64,000 bases of DNA from the human T2T-CHM13v2.0 reference genome, Homo sapiens: assembly GCF_009914755.1 (NCBI RefSeq), contig NC_060935.1. One strand, 5' to 3'. Under the pieces are notes generated by a model. That model was given only the letters and a program-made list of their open reading frames with translations, was not told the origin of the DNA and did no database searches. Below are positions 14,408-26,901 of the stretch, piece after piece. Made by a program: the position numbers and the translations under genes. The stretch's first letter is position 1. Each line of letters begins with the position of its first letter.

Positions 14408-14767
14408 TGATATGGTTTGGCTGTGTCCCCACCAAATCTTATCTTGAATTATAGCTCCCATAATCCCCATGTGTCATGGAAGGGACCTGATGGGAGGTAA
14501 ATGAATCATGGGGGCAGGTTTTTTCCATGCCGTTCTCATGATAGTAAGTCTTACAAGATCTGATGGCTTTATAAAGGGCAGTTCCTCCGCACATGCTCTC
14601 TTGCCAGCTGCCATGTAAGACATACCTTTGTTCCTGCTTCACCTTCTGCCATGATTGTGAGGCCTCCCCAGCCATGTGGAACTGTGAGTTCATTAAACCT
14701 CTTTTTCTTTATAAGTTACCCAGTCCCAGGTATGTCTTTCTTAGCAGCATGAGAATGGACTAATACA
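14408..14767 (+). mobile_element. THE1 (THE1C/D-like) solo LTR
   Basis: tgatatggtttggctgtgtcccc...gagaatggactaataca; 5-bp TSD acttg/acttc. Confidence 0.93.
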
Positions 14768-14905
14768 ACTTCCTAACTCATTCTGAGGCCAGTATCACCC
14801 TAATAACAAAACCAGACAAAGACATTACAAGAAAAGAAAACGACAGACTGATATATCTTATAACATAAATGCAAAAATTATTAACAAAATAGATTCACAA
14901 ATCAA

Positions 14906-15108
14906 GCCGGGTATGGTGGCTTGGGCCTATAATCCCAGCTACTCAGGAGGCAGGAGAATCGCTTGAACCTGGAAGGCGAAGGTTTCAGTGAGCCAAGATC
15001 GTGCCACTCCAGCCTGGGCGACAGAGCAAGACTCTGTCTCAAAAAAAAAAAATATATATATATATAGTATACATATATACAGATATATATACACACATAT
15101 ACGTATAT
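14906..15108 (+). mobile_element. 5'-truncated Alu (right monomer) with a (TA)n-derived tail
   Basis: 13-bp TSD attcacaaatcaa at 14893-14905 and 15109-15121. Confidence 0.9.
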
Positions 15109-15516
15109 ATTCACAAATCAAATCCAAGAATGTATAAATATAAGTATACACCACAACCAAGTAGTATTTTTCTCAAGCATGCAAGTCTAGTTTAATATTT
15201 AAAAATAAATTAATGTAATCCATCACATCAATAGGCTAAAGAAGAAAAAAATCACATGATCATATCAACAGATGCATAAAAAGCATCTGACAAAATCCAA
15301 CGTCAATTAAATCTCTCAGTAAACTAGTAATAAAGGGGAACTTCATCAACTTAATAAAGAATATCTACAAAATCTCTACAGCTAACATTATTCTTAATGG
15401 TAAAAAACTAGCTTTCCCACTAAGATGAGGAGCAAGGCAAGAATGTACCATCTCACTACTCCTTTTAAATATTGTACTGAAGTCCTAGCTAATAAAATAA
15501 TAAAGGGAAATAAAAT

Positions 15517-15906
15517 TACTATGGTTTGAATAATGTGGTCCTCTCCAAAATACATGTTGAAACATAATCTCCAATGCAACAGTATTAAGAAGTGTGGCCT
15601 TTGGAAGTGATTATCTCACAATCCACTCTCATGAATGGGATTAGCATCCTTATAAAAGGGCTCAAGGGTGAAAAAAGTGCTCTCTTGCTATTCCATCCCT
15701 TCTGCCACATGAGGATGCAGCATTCTTCTCCTCTCAAAGAGGAATATTGGAAGCACCATATTGAAAGCAGAGAGCATCCCTCACCAGACACCAATCCTGC
15801 CACTGTCTTGATCTTGAATTTCCCAGCCTCCAAAGTGTGAGAAATAAATTTCTGTTCTTCATAAATTATCAAGACTGTGTTATCACAGAACAAATGAACT
15901 AGGACA
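15517..15906 (+). mobile_element. MaLR solo LTR (MSTC/MSTD or MLT1A-like)
   Basis: tactatggtttgaat...ctccaaaatacatgttgaaac...cagcctccaaagtgtgagaaataaatttctgttc...aactaggaca. Confidence 0.85.
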
Positions 15907-18834
15907 AAAAGGTGTAGTGATTGGAAAGGATGAAATAAAACTGTCTCTGTTCAGAGATCACATGAATATCTATGTAGAAAATTCAAAAGAACCAACAAAA
16001 AAATTCCTGAGACTAATAAAATGATTATAGCAAAATTTCAGTGTATAGGGTTAATATACAAAATCCCATTACTTTTCTGTATAACAGCACTGAACAAGTA
16101 AAATTAAAAATTAAAAATACAATACATTTACATTAGCATACCCCAAAATAAAATACTTATAGACCTAAAAAATATGTACAAGATCATTATGAAGAAAATA
16201 ACAAAACTCTGATGAAAGAAATTAAAGAAAAACTACATAAGTGGAGAGAGAGTCTATGTTCATAAATAGAAAGATACAATATTATCACAATATTAGTTCT
16301 TCCCCACTTGCTCTATAGATTCAATGAAATCTCTGTTAAAATCCCAGCAAACTATTTTGGGAATATCAACAAACTGATTCTTACGTTTACATGAAGTAGG
16401 CAAAATACTTGAAATATACAACACGATATTGAAGGAGAAAAATAAAGTTGGAGGACTGACATTACCCAACCTCAAGACTTATTATAGAACCACAGAAATC
16501 AAAATAGAGTGGTATTTGCAAAAGAATAGACAAATTGATCAATAGAACAGAATAAAGACCCCAGAAATAGAACTACAAATATATATATATAGTAAAACTG
16601 ATCTTTGACAAAGGAGCAAAAGCAATGCAATGAAAAAAAGATACCTTTTTTCAACAAATGGTGCTAGAACAACTGGACATCGAATTACAAAAAAAAAAAT
16701 TGAATCTAGATACAGACCTCATATCTTTCACAAAAAATGCAAAATGGATCACAGACCAAATGTTAAATGCAAAACTATAAAATTCCTGGAAGATAACATA
16801 CAAGATAATATAGAACAACTTGAGTTTGGCAATGACTTTTCAGATAAGATGACAAAGGCATGATGTATTTAAAAAAATTGATGAACTTGACTTCATTAAA
16901 ATTAAAAATCTATGCTCCACAGAAAACAATATAAAGAGAATGAAAAGACAAGCCACAGACTGGGAGAAAATATTTGCAAAATACATATCTGGTTATTATC
17001 CAAAATAGACAAATAACCCTTAAAACTCAATATTAGGGAAACAACCCAATTAAAAAACAGAACAAATATCTTAAAAAATACCTCACCAAAGAAGATACAC
17101 AGATGTCAAATAACTATAGGAATATATGTTCCACATCATATGGCATCAGGGAAAAATGCAAATTAAAACAATGAGATACCACTACACACCTATGAGAATG
17201 GCCAAAATCCAGAACACTGACAACATCAAATGCTGACAAGGGTAGGCAGCAGTGGGAACTTTCATTCATTGCTATTGGAAATGAAAAGCAGTACAGCCAT
17301 TTTGGAAGACAGTTTGGCAGTTTCTTACAAAGCTAAACATACTCTTACCATATGATACAGCAATTGTGCTTCTTGGTATTTACCCAAATAGGTTGAAAAC
17401 ATGTATGCACACAAAAACCTGCACAATGGATGTTTATAGCAGGTTTATTCATAATTGCCAAAACTCAAAGCAACCAAGATGTCCTTCTATAGGTGAGTAA
17501 ATACACTCTGAACATGCAGGCAATGAAATTTTATTCAGTGCTAAAAAGAAATGGGCTATCAAGCTATCAAGCCATGAAAAGATAAGCAGAAAAATTAAAT
17601 GTGCATAATTAAATGAAAGAACTCAATTTGAAAAGGTTACATACTGTGTGAGTCCAACTATATAACATTCTGGAAAAAACAAAAATATGGAGACAGTAAA
17701 AAGGTCAATAGCTGCTATCTGGGGTTAAGGGGTAGGGAAGGAGGAATAGACAGAGCACAGAGGATTATTATGGCAGTGAAAATATTCCATATGATACTAT
17801 AATGGTGGACATGTCATTATACATTTATCCAAACCCATAGATTACACAACACTAAAAGTGAACTCTAATTTAAACTATGAATTTTGGACTATAATGATGT
17901 ATCAGTGTAGGTTAATGAATTGTAACAAATGTATCACTCTGGTAGAGAATGTTGATAATAGAAGGCTATGCCTGTTGAAGAGACAGAAGGTATATGGGAC
18001 ATCTCTGTACCTTCCACTCAATTTTGCTGTGAACCTAAAACTACTCGAAAACATGAAAACTATTAAAATGTTATTAAGCCACATATTTAAGATTTGGGTT
18101 CTTGACTGTATGTAAATTATACCTTTAAAAATTAAAATTTTTAAAATCTGGTGGAACATGTACATAGAAAATACTTTGTAATGAGGCCCCCAAAGTGAGA
18201 AATTTTTGCAAGAGGAAGATATTAAGAAATAACATTAGGAAACAACCAAACAAAAAACACGATAGTGAATGATGGCAAGGAAATCAATCCATACAATGAA
18301 AAGCTGACTCATTTAAAATGCATTTTAAAAAGAATATTAAACTTTACTGCATTTCCAGAAACAGTTTAAATGAAATAATAGAGTCTAAAGAATATATCCT
18401 TAAATATAAAAGTATAAATAGCCTGCATATGAAATATTTAGTAGCAGCTCAAAGCATGCTGTTTCCATGGAGAGATAAATAAAACAAGTGTGGGTGAATT
18501 TCATGTATTGTAAATTAATTTAGACATAATTAAAGGACTTAGCCTTTGTCTACATAATGTCAGAACAACAACTACAGAGAGAAAATTCAAGCAACCTGTT
18601 GTTTAGTCTAACTTACATTAAAAATCATATTTTCCTCCCCACAGAATTAAAATATTTATAGTTGTTCTTTAATTACAAAATAATTGAGACTAAGTATTTC
18701 CAAGAAATTCTTTTGATAATCTGATGAACCTTCATCCCAGAAAAAGAATCCTATGCCAAATTTTGCATATTAATAATGCAGGGCTTTCATAGAGCCTCTG
18801 AAACACACACATATGCCCTACATTAAGAATCTAT

Positions 18835-19158
<324 letters not shown>

Positions 19159-19212
19159 TCAATGTAAGATGCCTGATAACTGCAAAAATGTTTTCACAAA
19201 ACAAACATAATT

Positions 19213-19489
19213 TTATTATTGTTATTATTATTTTGAGACAGGGTCTTCTCTATCACCCAGGCTGGAGTACAGCGGCACTATATCTGCTCCCCGCAACCTC
19301 CACCTCCTGGGCTCCAGAGAGCCTCCTACCTCAGCCTCCTGGGTAGCTGAGACTACAGCTGCAAGCCCCCACACCCAGCTAATTTTTGTATTTTTTGTAG
19401 AGACGGGGTTTTGCCACTTTGCCCACGCTGGTCTCAAACTTGGCCTTCCAATGTACTGGGATTCCAGGCATGAGCCACCTCTCCCAGCC
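19213..19489 (-). mobile_element. AluJ with an internal deletion
   Basis: 17-bp TSD acaaaacaaacataatt at 19196-19212 and 19490-19506. Confidence 0.9.
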
Positions 19490-19680
19490 ACAAAACAAAC
19501 ATAATTATTAATCTAAAAGACATAATTGCGTGGGCCAATTTAACGAAGTAAACATATTTATACTTGAATAGGCATGTAATATCTGCAGTAAATCTGAATA
19601 AGACTCGTGTGTTTCTAATGATAAGCTTCCTTTTCTGAATAATTTCTGAAACTATCTTCTATATATCCAGTTTTTCTGTA

Positions 19681-21650
19681 CAGGCATAGCTCAGAGATAT
19701 TGTAAGTTAGGTTCCTGAATACTAAAATAAAGGGAGTCACTGAATTTTTTTGGTTTCCTAGTGCATATACAAATTATGTTTACACTATACTGTAGTCTAT
19801 TAAGTGTGCAATACCATTATGTCTAAAAAAGCGACAAACATACTTTGACTTTAAAATGCTTTATTGCTAAAAATGCTAATGATTATCTGAGCCTTCAGCA
19901 ACTTGTAATCCTTCTGCTGGTGTAGGTTTTGCCTCTGTTGTTGGCTGCTAACTGATCAGAGGGTTGTTGCTGAAGGTTGAGGTAGTTCTGACAATTTCTT
20001 GAAACAATAAAGTTTGCCATATTGATTGACCCTTACTTTATGAAAGATTTCTCTCTAACATGCAATGATATTTGATAGCATTTTACCCACAGAGGAACTT
20101 CTTTCACAATTGGAGTCAATCCTCTCAAACCCTGCTGCTGCCCTATTATGTAATATCCTAAATCCTTTGTTGTCATTTCAACAACGTTCACACATCTTTA
20201 CCAGGGGTGGATTCCATCTCAAGAAACCACTTTCTTTGTTCATCCATAAGAATCAACTCCTCATATGTTCAAGTTCTACTGTGAGAGTGCATCTATGTAG
20301 TCACATCTTCAGGCCCCACTTCTAACTCTAGTCTTCCTGCTATTTTCACCAGCATCTGCAGTAACTTCCTCCACTAAAATCCTGAAGCCCTCAAAGTTAT
20401 CTCTGAGAACTGAAATCAATGCCTTCCAAATTTCTGTTAATATTGACATTTTGACCACCTCCCATGAATCGTCAATGTTCTTAATGGCATCTACAATGAT
20501 GAAACTTTTCCAGAAGGTTTTCTTATTTATTTTTGAAATTATACTTTAAGTTCTAGTGTACATGTGCACAACATGCAGGTTTGTTACATATGTATACATA
20601 TGCCATGTTGGTGTGCTGCACCCATTAACTCGTCATTTACATTAGGTATATCTCCTAAATCTTTCCCTCCCCCCACCCCACAACAGGCCTCGGTGTGTGA
20701 TGTTCCCCTTCCTGTGTCCAAGTGTTCTCATTGTTCAATTCCCACGTATGAGTGAGAACACGCAGTGTTTGATTTTTTGTTCTTGGGATAGTTTGCTGTG
20801 AATGATGGTTTCCAGCTTCATCCATGTCCCTACAACGGACATGAACTCATCCTTTTTTATGGCCGCACAGTATTCCATGGTGTATATGTGCCACATTTTC
20901 TTAATCCAGTCTATCACTGACGGACATTTTGGTTGGTCCCAAGTCTTTGCTATTGTGAATAGTGCCGCAATAACATGTATATTTATTGCGGCTTTATTCC
21001 AGAAGGTTTTCAATTTACTTTGCCCATACCCACCAGAGGAATCACTATCTATGGCAGCTGTAGCCTTCCAAAGTGTATTTCTTAAATCATAAGACTTGAA
21101 AGTTGAAATAACTCCTTGATCCATGGGCTATATAAATGATGTTATGTTAGCAGGCATGCAAACAACATTTATCTCCTTGTACACCTCCATCAGAGCTCTC
21201 GGGTGACCATTTACTTTGTCAAAGAGCACTATTATTTTGAAAGGAATCTCTTTTACTGAGCGGTAAGTCTTAAAGCTTGGCTTAAAATATTCAGTAAACC
21301 ATGCTGTAAGCAGATGTGCTGTCATCAAGGCTTTGTTGTTCTATTTATAGTAGAGGTAGAATAGATTTAGCATTCTTTTTAAGAACCCAAGGATTTTCAA
21401 AATGGTAAACGAAAATTGGTTTCAACTTAAAGTCACCAGCTGCATTAGCTCCTAACAAGAGAAACCATCTTTTGAAGTTTTGACTTCTCCTCTCTAGCTA
21501 TGAAAGTCCTACCTAGATGGCATCTTCTTCCAATAGAAGGATGTTTCATCCACAATGAAAATATTTTGTTGAGTGTAGCTGTCTTCATTAATTATCTTAG
21601 CTAGATCTTCTGGATCTCCTGCAGCTTCTATATCAACACATGCTGCTGGT
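19681..21650 (-). mobile_element. Tigger1 DNA transposon (5'-truncated, decayed pogo-type DDE transposase), interrupted by an L1PA
   Basis: TA|caggcatagctcagagatattg terminal repeat; transposase remnants in ORFs 20735-21124, 21128-21328 and 21509-21721 ([26 protein letters not shown]). Confidence 0.92.
20523..20996 (-). mobile_element. 5'-truncated L1PA (L1PA5/6-like) inserted in Tigger1
   Basis: L1 3'UTR and ORF2 end on the minus strand; 15-bp TSD ttccagaaggttttc at 20508-20522 and 20997-21011. Confidence 0.94.
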
Positions 21651-21677
21651 TTTCTATCATAATAGTGAAAGTATTTA

Positions 21678-22003
21678 TAATCGGCCATCAACATCCATGG
21701 GTTCCACATCCAGAGCTTCAACCAACCATAGTCTGAAAATATTTTTTAAAAACCTGTTTCTGTACTGAACATGTACAGACTATTTCCTTGTCATTGTTCC
21801 CTAACAATACAACTATTTCTGTAGCATTTAGATTATATTAGATATTATAAATAATCTAGAAATGACTTAAAGTATACAGGAGGATGTGCATAGGTTATAT
21901 GCAAATACTACACTATTTTACAGCAAGAACTTGAGCATCCGTGGATTTTGGCACCCATGGGAGGCCCTGGAACCAATCTCCCACAGATACCAAGGGACGA
22001 CAG
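21678..22003 (+). mobile_element. MER2 (Tigger-family MITE)
   Basis: Near full-length match to the recalled MER2 consensus (catccatgggttccacatcc...ggaaccaatctcccacagataccaagggacgacag), flanked by TA. Confidence 0.88.
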
Positions 22004-24322
22004 TACATGCCTCTTGATTATGAATCTATGTCTTGCAAAACTTTTCAAATATAAGAACTCTAACTGAACTTCAAATATGTCCAATGACTTACTGTGCTCA
22101 AACACTGATTTTATTCTTTAGAATGTAAACTTCTAAGGATAAAATAAATATGTAAAATCTTTTTTTAAAGATGCCACCAAAGTCCCAACAGCAGAATGCT
22201 AAATAAATATTATCTAATAATTATTACATCTTCTGAAATGATAAAAAAAAAACTCATCACCAATTTCTGAAGCCTTCACAGCCAGTCAATTTCATTCTAC
22301 TCTTCTTTAATGCTGTCTGGCCACATCCAATTTTCTCAGTTCAACTGTATTGCCTCACTATCTTGATTCAATTTACTTTGACCTTTACTGAACTATCTCT
22401 AGAGAAACAATGATATGGAATTTCTTTATATTACATTTCAGCTTTACATGTCTTGTGGATTATATTCCACCAAAACATAAAACCAAGACAACTAATAAAC
22501 CCATAGAATTTACCTTGAAGTCTTTGGTCAGGGTCCACTTTAAGGCATCATAGTCCTCAGGCCCTGGTTGAATCTGTAGCTAACCATTCAAACGAAAGCT
22601 GGGGTTTTTTAAAATGATTTTGCTATCTGGTTTCAAATTGCTAGATACTATCCGAACAGAGAGTCATGCTTTTTAAAATACAAACTCTGAGTATATATTG
22701 TCATCTAAATAGCAAAGGAGACTGCCAAGGGCAGGGAAGATGATAGAAAGTGATAAAGACATTTCTGTGAAGTGTTATTACCTCTCTTGTAATTTACCAT
22801 CAAGCCACAGAATGGTCACAAAAAATAAAATTGTCTACAACTGCTTGCAAGCCTTCTTGTAAGAATAGTAGCAACATAGCAGCTCATAATTCCCAGCTAA
22901 TAATATAAAGATAACATAGCTGATGTGGAACATTTTCTTAGAAGGTAAGAAGTATTTTTCCAATCCAGCTCCTAAACCTTTCATTAAATCACAACCTGTG
23001 GCTAAATAAAGGACATTGGAATAACCAGAATTATACTCTGCTTCACTAAACAGAAAGCCATCAAATTTCTCATAGCTATCATAGTCTAACCTAAAGTTAT
23101 TTATAAGTAACCAAATTTATTTGACAGCAGCCACAAAGCCAGAGCTACTGATAATAATGTTTTACAAAAAAATTTATAAAACAATATATAGATGTCTGAT
23201 ACCTATTCCTCACTTACCTCCACCTTTTCTGAACAAAGCTGCGGCTAATTATCCACAAAGCAGCAAAATATATATAGGACTTGGCCTGTATCTCATCCAA
23301 AATGGAGATAAGTAACATACTGAAAGTGTTTATCATAAGAAGTTTTCACTGTTTTCCTTACATACAATGACAATGGAATTGTGTAATTCCTATAATGTTA
23401 TCTCAATATTCCATTACATTGATTAAATGTTTAGAATGTGTAACCACTGATTACTGTGTTAGTAAACATCTATGTCTCAGTAACTCAGAAGTTTTCATGA
23501 ACTTCTTTGGAGATGTTTGCCAAAATTACTCTTTGAGGAGCACTTAACAATCAATTTCAGAGTGTTTCAAATTTTTACATGAATTAATTTTGATACGATG
23601 GGCTTTTTAAAGCTTTTTTTAATGTACAACAAATATCTATCCATCTAGTCTCCTAAAATGTTTCAGGCACTGAGGTAGATGTTAAATGAAGCTAAATAAA
23701 AGACAAAAATTCTTCCCACACTTATGAGAAAATACATATTTTATTTAGGTCCAAAATCTACTACAACTTTAATATATTCAATCTGAGAGTGAGAGCTCAA
23801 AAAAAAACAGAGAGGAGAAACATCAGATTGCTATGACATGACTCCTTGAGGAAAAAAAGTATGATGCCAATTGGTAAAAAATAATTAAGTGTAATTATCT
23901 TACTTTCTAGGTAGTTCTGACTCTTGAAATGACTCCTGCTCTGAAAAAAAATGAAGATATATAAGCAACACTATTTTGCATTACAGAAGTCTAACTCACA
24001 AAGTGTTTCAGTGACCTAATTGAATTACATGGCAAAATAATTTCATATCCTGAGTGTCAGAAAAGACAGGAAATGATGCATAATGCCTAACCATGAATAT
24101 AAGGCACTGAGGTGGCTAGAAAAGGTAGTTGCCATTTCATGTAGTTCATTAAGAGTCAGCAAACATGGAAAGATACAACCAATGGATCATTTACTTTATT
24201 TAATGCCTAAACACCCTAGAACAAAAATAGACTGTTATAAAATCATTTCTAATAGAAAGCTGACTCATAATTCTATCTCCCAGAGCATTAATTAATATGA
24301 CAATCACTCTAATGTCAGACAG

Positions 24323-24599
24323 TGTCTTAGTCAGATAAAGCTGCAATAATATCATAGATTGGGTGGCTTAAACAACAGAAACTTATTTTCTCACATATCT
24401 GGAAGTTGAAAGTTACAAGATCAGATGGTAGCATTGTCAGGTTCTAGTGAGGGCACCAGTTCTATCAGACCAGGGCTCCAACATTATGACCTCATTTAAC
24501 CTTAATCACTTCTTTAAAGTCCTTATCTCCAATACAGTTACATGAAGGGTACGCCTTCAACACATAACTTTTGGGGGCAACACAACTCAGTCCATATCA
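24323..24599 (-). mobile_element. MLT1A-like MaLR LTR (internally deleted)
   Basis: tgtcttagtc...gggtggcttaaacaacagaaacttattttctcac...gacctcatttaaccttaatcac...cagtccatatca. Confidence 0.8.
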
Positions 24600-24662
24600 C
24601 TTAGAGAATTGGGATCAAGCACTTATCACTGACAGAAAAGAAGCCCAAATAAGCCAAGACCC

Positions 24663-26380
24663 TGTGAAGTTGCAGATACCAGGATGGAATCACTCATGGC
24701 CGGTCTAAACAAATTAGAGCCAGGAAAGCACAAAGGAGGGCAGCTCATGCTCACATGTCTGAGATAAGAACTATCTCAAAAACTTCCTAAAATAACCCCA
24801 TGAGAAATTCCTTCATGTCCTTAATGCAGCTCATGCTTTTCATGACCTATGTTTTGCATGTATGTACAGATTTCTGTGACAAGGTTTATCACTAGTTATT
24901 CTTTAGAACTGCAGCAACACGTATAAGATGCTTTTAAAAGAACACTTGCTTACACCTTATACAAAAATTAACTCAAGATGGATTAAACACTTAAACGTAA
25001 GACCTAAAACTACAAAAACCCTAGAAGAAAGCCTAGGCAATACCATTCAGGACATAGGCATGGGCAAGGACTTCCTGACTAAGACACCAAAAGCAATGGC
25101 AACAAAAGCTAGAAGTGACAAATGGGATCTAATTAAACTAAAGAGATTCTGTGCAGCAAAAGAAACTGTCATCAGAGTAAACAGGAAACCTACAGAATGG
25201 GAGAAAATTTTTGCAATCTATCCATCTGACAAAGGGCTAATATCCACAATCTTCAAAGAACTTCAACAAATTTACAAGAAAAAAGCAACCCCGTCAAAAA
25301 CTGGGCGAACGATATGAACAGACACTTCTCAAAAGAAGACAGTTATGCAGCCAACAAACATATGAAAAAAATCTCATCATCACTGGTCATTAGAGAAATG
25401 CAAATCAAAACCACAATGAGATACCATCTCACACCAGTTAGAATGGTGATCATTAAAAAGTCAGGCAACAACAAATGCTGGTGAGGCTGTGGAGAAATAG
25501 GAACACTTTTACACTGTTGGTGGGAGTGTAAATTAGTTCAACCATTGTGGGTGTTCACCCATTCCTCAAGGATCTAGAACCAGAAATACCATTTGACCCA
25601 GAAATCCGGTTACTGGGTATACACTCAAAGGATTATAAATCATTCTACTATAAAGACACATGCACACATATGTTTATTGCGGCACTATTCACAATAGCAA
25701 AGACTTGGAACCGACCCAAATGCCCATCAATGATAGACTGGATTAAGAAAATGTGGCACAGATACACCATGGAATACTATGCAGCCATAAAAAGGATGAG
25801 TTCATGTCCTTTGCAGGGACATGGATGAAGCTGGAAACCAGCATTCTCAGCAAACTAACACAAGAACAGAAAACCAAACACCACATGTCCTCACTCATAG
25901 GTGGGAGTTGAACAATGAGAACACATGGACACAGGGAGGGGAAATTCACACATTGGGGCCTGTCAGAGGGTTGGGGACTAGGGGAGGGATAGCATTAGGA
26001 GAAATACTTAATATAGATGACAGGTTGATGGGTGCAGCAAACCACCATGGCACGTGTATATCTAAGTAACAAAACTGCACATTCTGCACATGTACCCCAG
26101 AACTTAAATTTAAAATAAAAAGACCACTTGCCTAGTAACAGCAGCTCCACTGATGAACTGACACCAACTCCATTTCTGAGCCTCCTGAACCAAAGAACTG
26201 TTGTTTCCAAGCAGCTTATATTAACTTCTTTTTGCCAAATAAAAGCTTCCCCTTCCACTCCCCTCTTCAGGTGCACCTATGGCTTGCCATAGTTGTGCCT
26301 GAATCCTTTTTTTGCTTACTCCCAAATACATTCATTGTATTAGGAGATATTTTTCTCTGATGTCTTTTTTTAGGGTGACA
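24663..26380 (+). mobile_element. ERV1 solo LTR (MER39/MER34-like) split by an L1PA
   Basis: tgtgaagttgcagatacc...ctcatgctcacatgtctgagataag...; after the L1 it resumes with aataaaagcttcccc...tagggtgaca. Confidence 0.75.
24950..26117 (+). mobile_element. 5'-truncated L1PA7-like element
   Basis: ORF2 C-terminal region (ORFs 24928-25317 and 25547-25828) and 3'UTR; TSD aaaaga(a/c)cacttgc at 24936-24949 and 26118-26131. Confidence 0.93.
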
Positions 26381-26430
26381 ATTCATTTGTCTGGGATTCT
26401 TCTAGCTATGGCTGAGACACAGCAATTCTT

Positions 26431-26901
26431 TTTTTTATTATTATTATACTTTAAGTTTTAGGGTACATGTGCACAATGTGCAGGTTAGTTACATATGTAT
26501 ACATGTGCCATGCTGGTGTGCTGCACCCATTAACTCGTCGTTTAGCATTAGGTATATCTCCTAATGCTATCCCTCCCGCCTCCCGCCACCCCACAACAGT
26601 CCCCAGAGTGTGATGTTCCCCTTCCTGTGTCCATGTGTTCTCATTGCTCAATTCCCACCTATGAGTGAGAACATGCGGTGTTTGGTTTTTTGTCCTTGTG
26701 ATAGTTTACTGAGAATGATGATTTCCAGTTTCATCCATGTCCCTACAAAGGACATGAACTCATCATTTTTTATGGCTGCATAGTATTCCATGGTGTATAT
26801 GTGCCACATTTTCTTAATCCAGTCTATCATTGTTGGACATTTGGGTTGGTTCCAAGTCTTTGCTATTGTGAATAGTGCCGCAATAAACATATGTGTGCAT
26901 G
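26431..26901 (-). mobile_element. 5'-truncated young L1 (L1PA3-like)
   Basis: Diagnostics ggaaatcatcattctcagtaaact and caaggacaaaaaacc; 17-bp TSD gagacacagcaattctt at 26414-26430 and 26902-26918. Confidence 0.95.

Larger units (their letters stand above)
12570..18070 (+). mobile_element. Large L1MC-type element (5'UTR joined to ORF2, then 3'UTR), interrupted by THE1, Alu and MST
   Basis: ORF2 remnants (RDEEGHYIMIKGS at ~13230; KTWFFEKVNKTNKPLARL at 13948-14136) and L1MC 3'UTR 'caaacccatagattacacaacactaaaagtgaactctaat...aattttgctgtgaacctaaaact'. Confidence 0.88.

Noticed and set aside
20735-21124. 129-aa ORF that looks like a transposase/L1 ORF2 fusion protein
   Set aside because: Chance in-frame junction from an L1PA inserted into decayed Tigger1; the neighbouring transposase is broken by stops and frameshifts.
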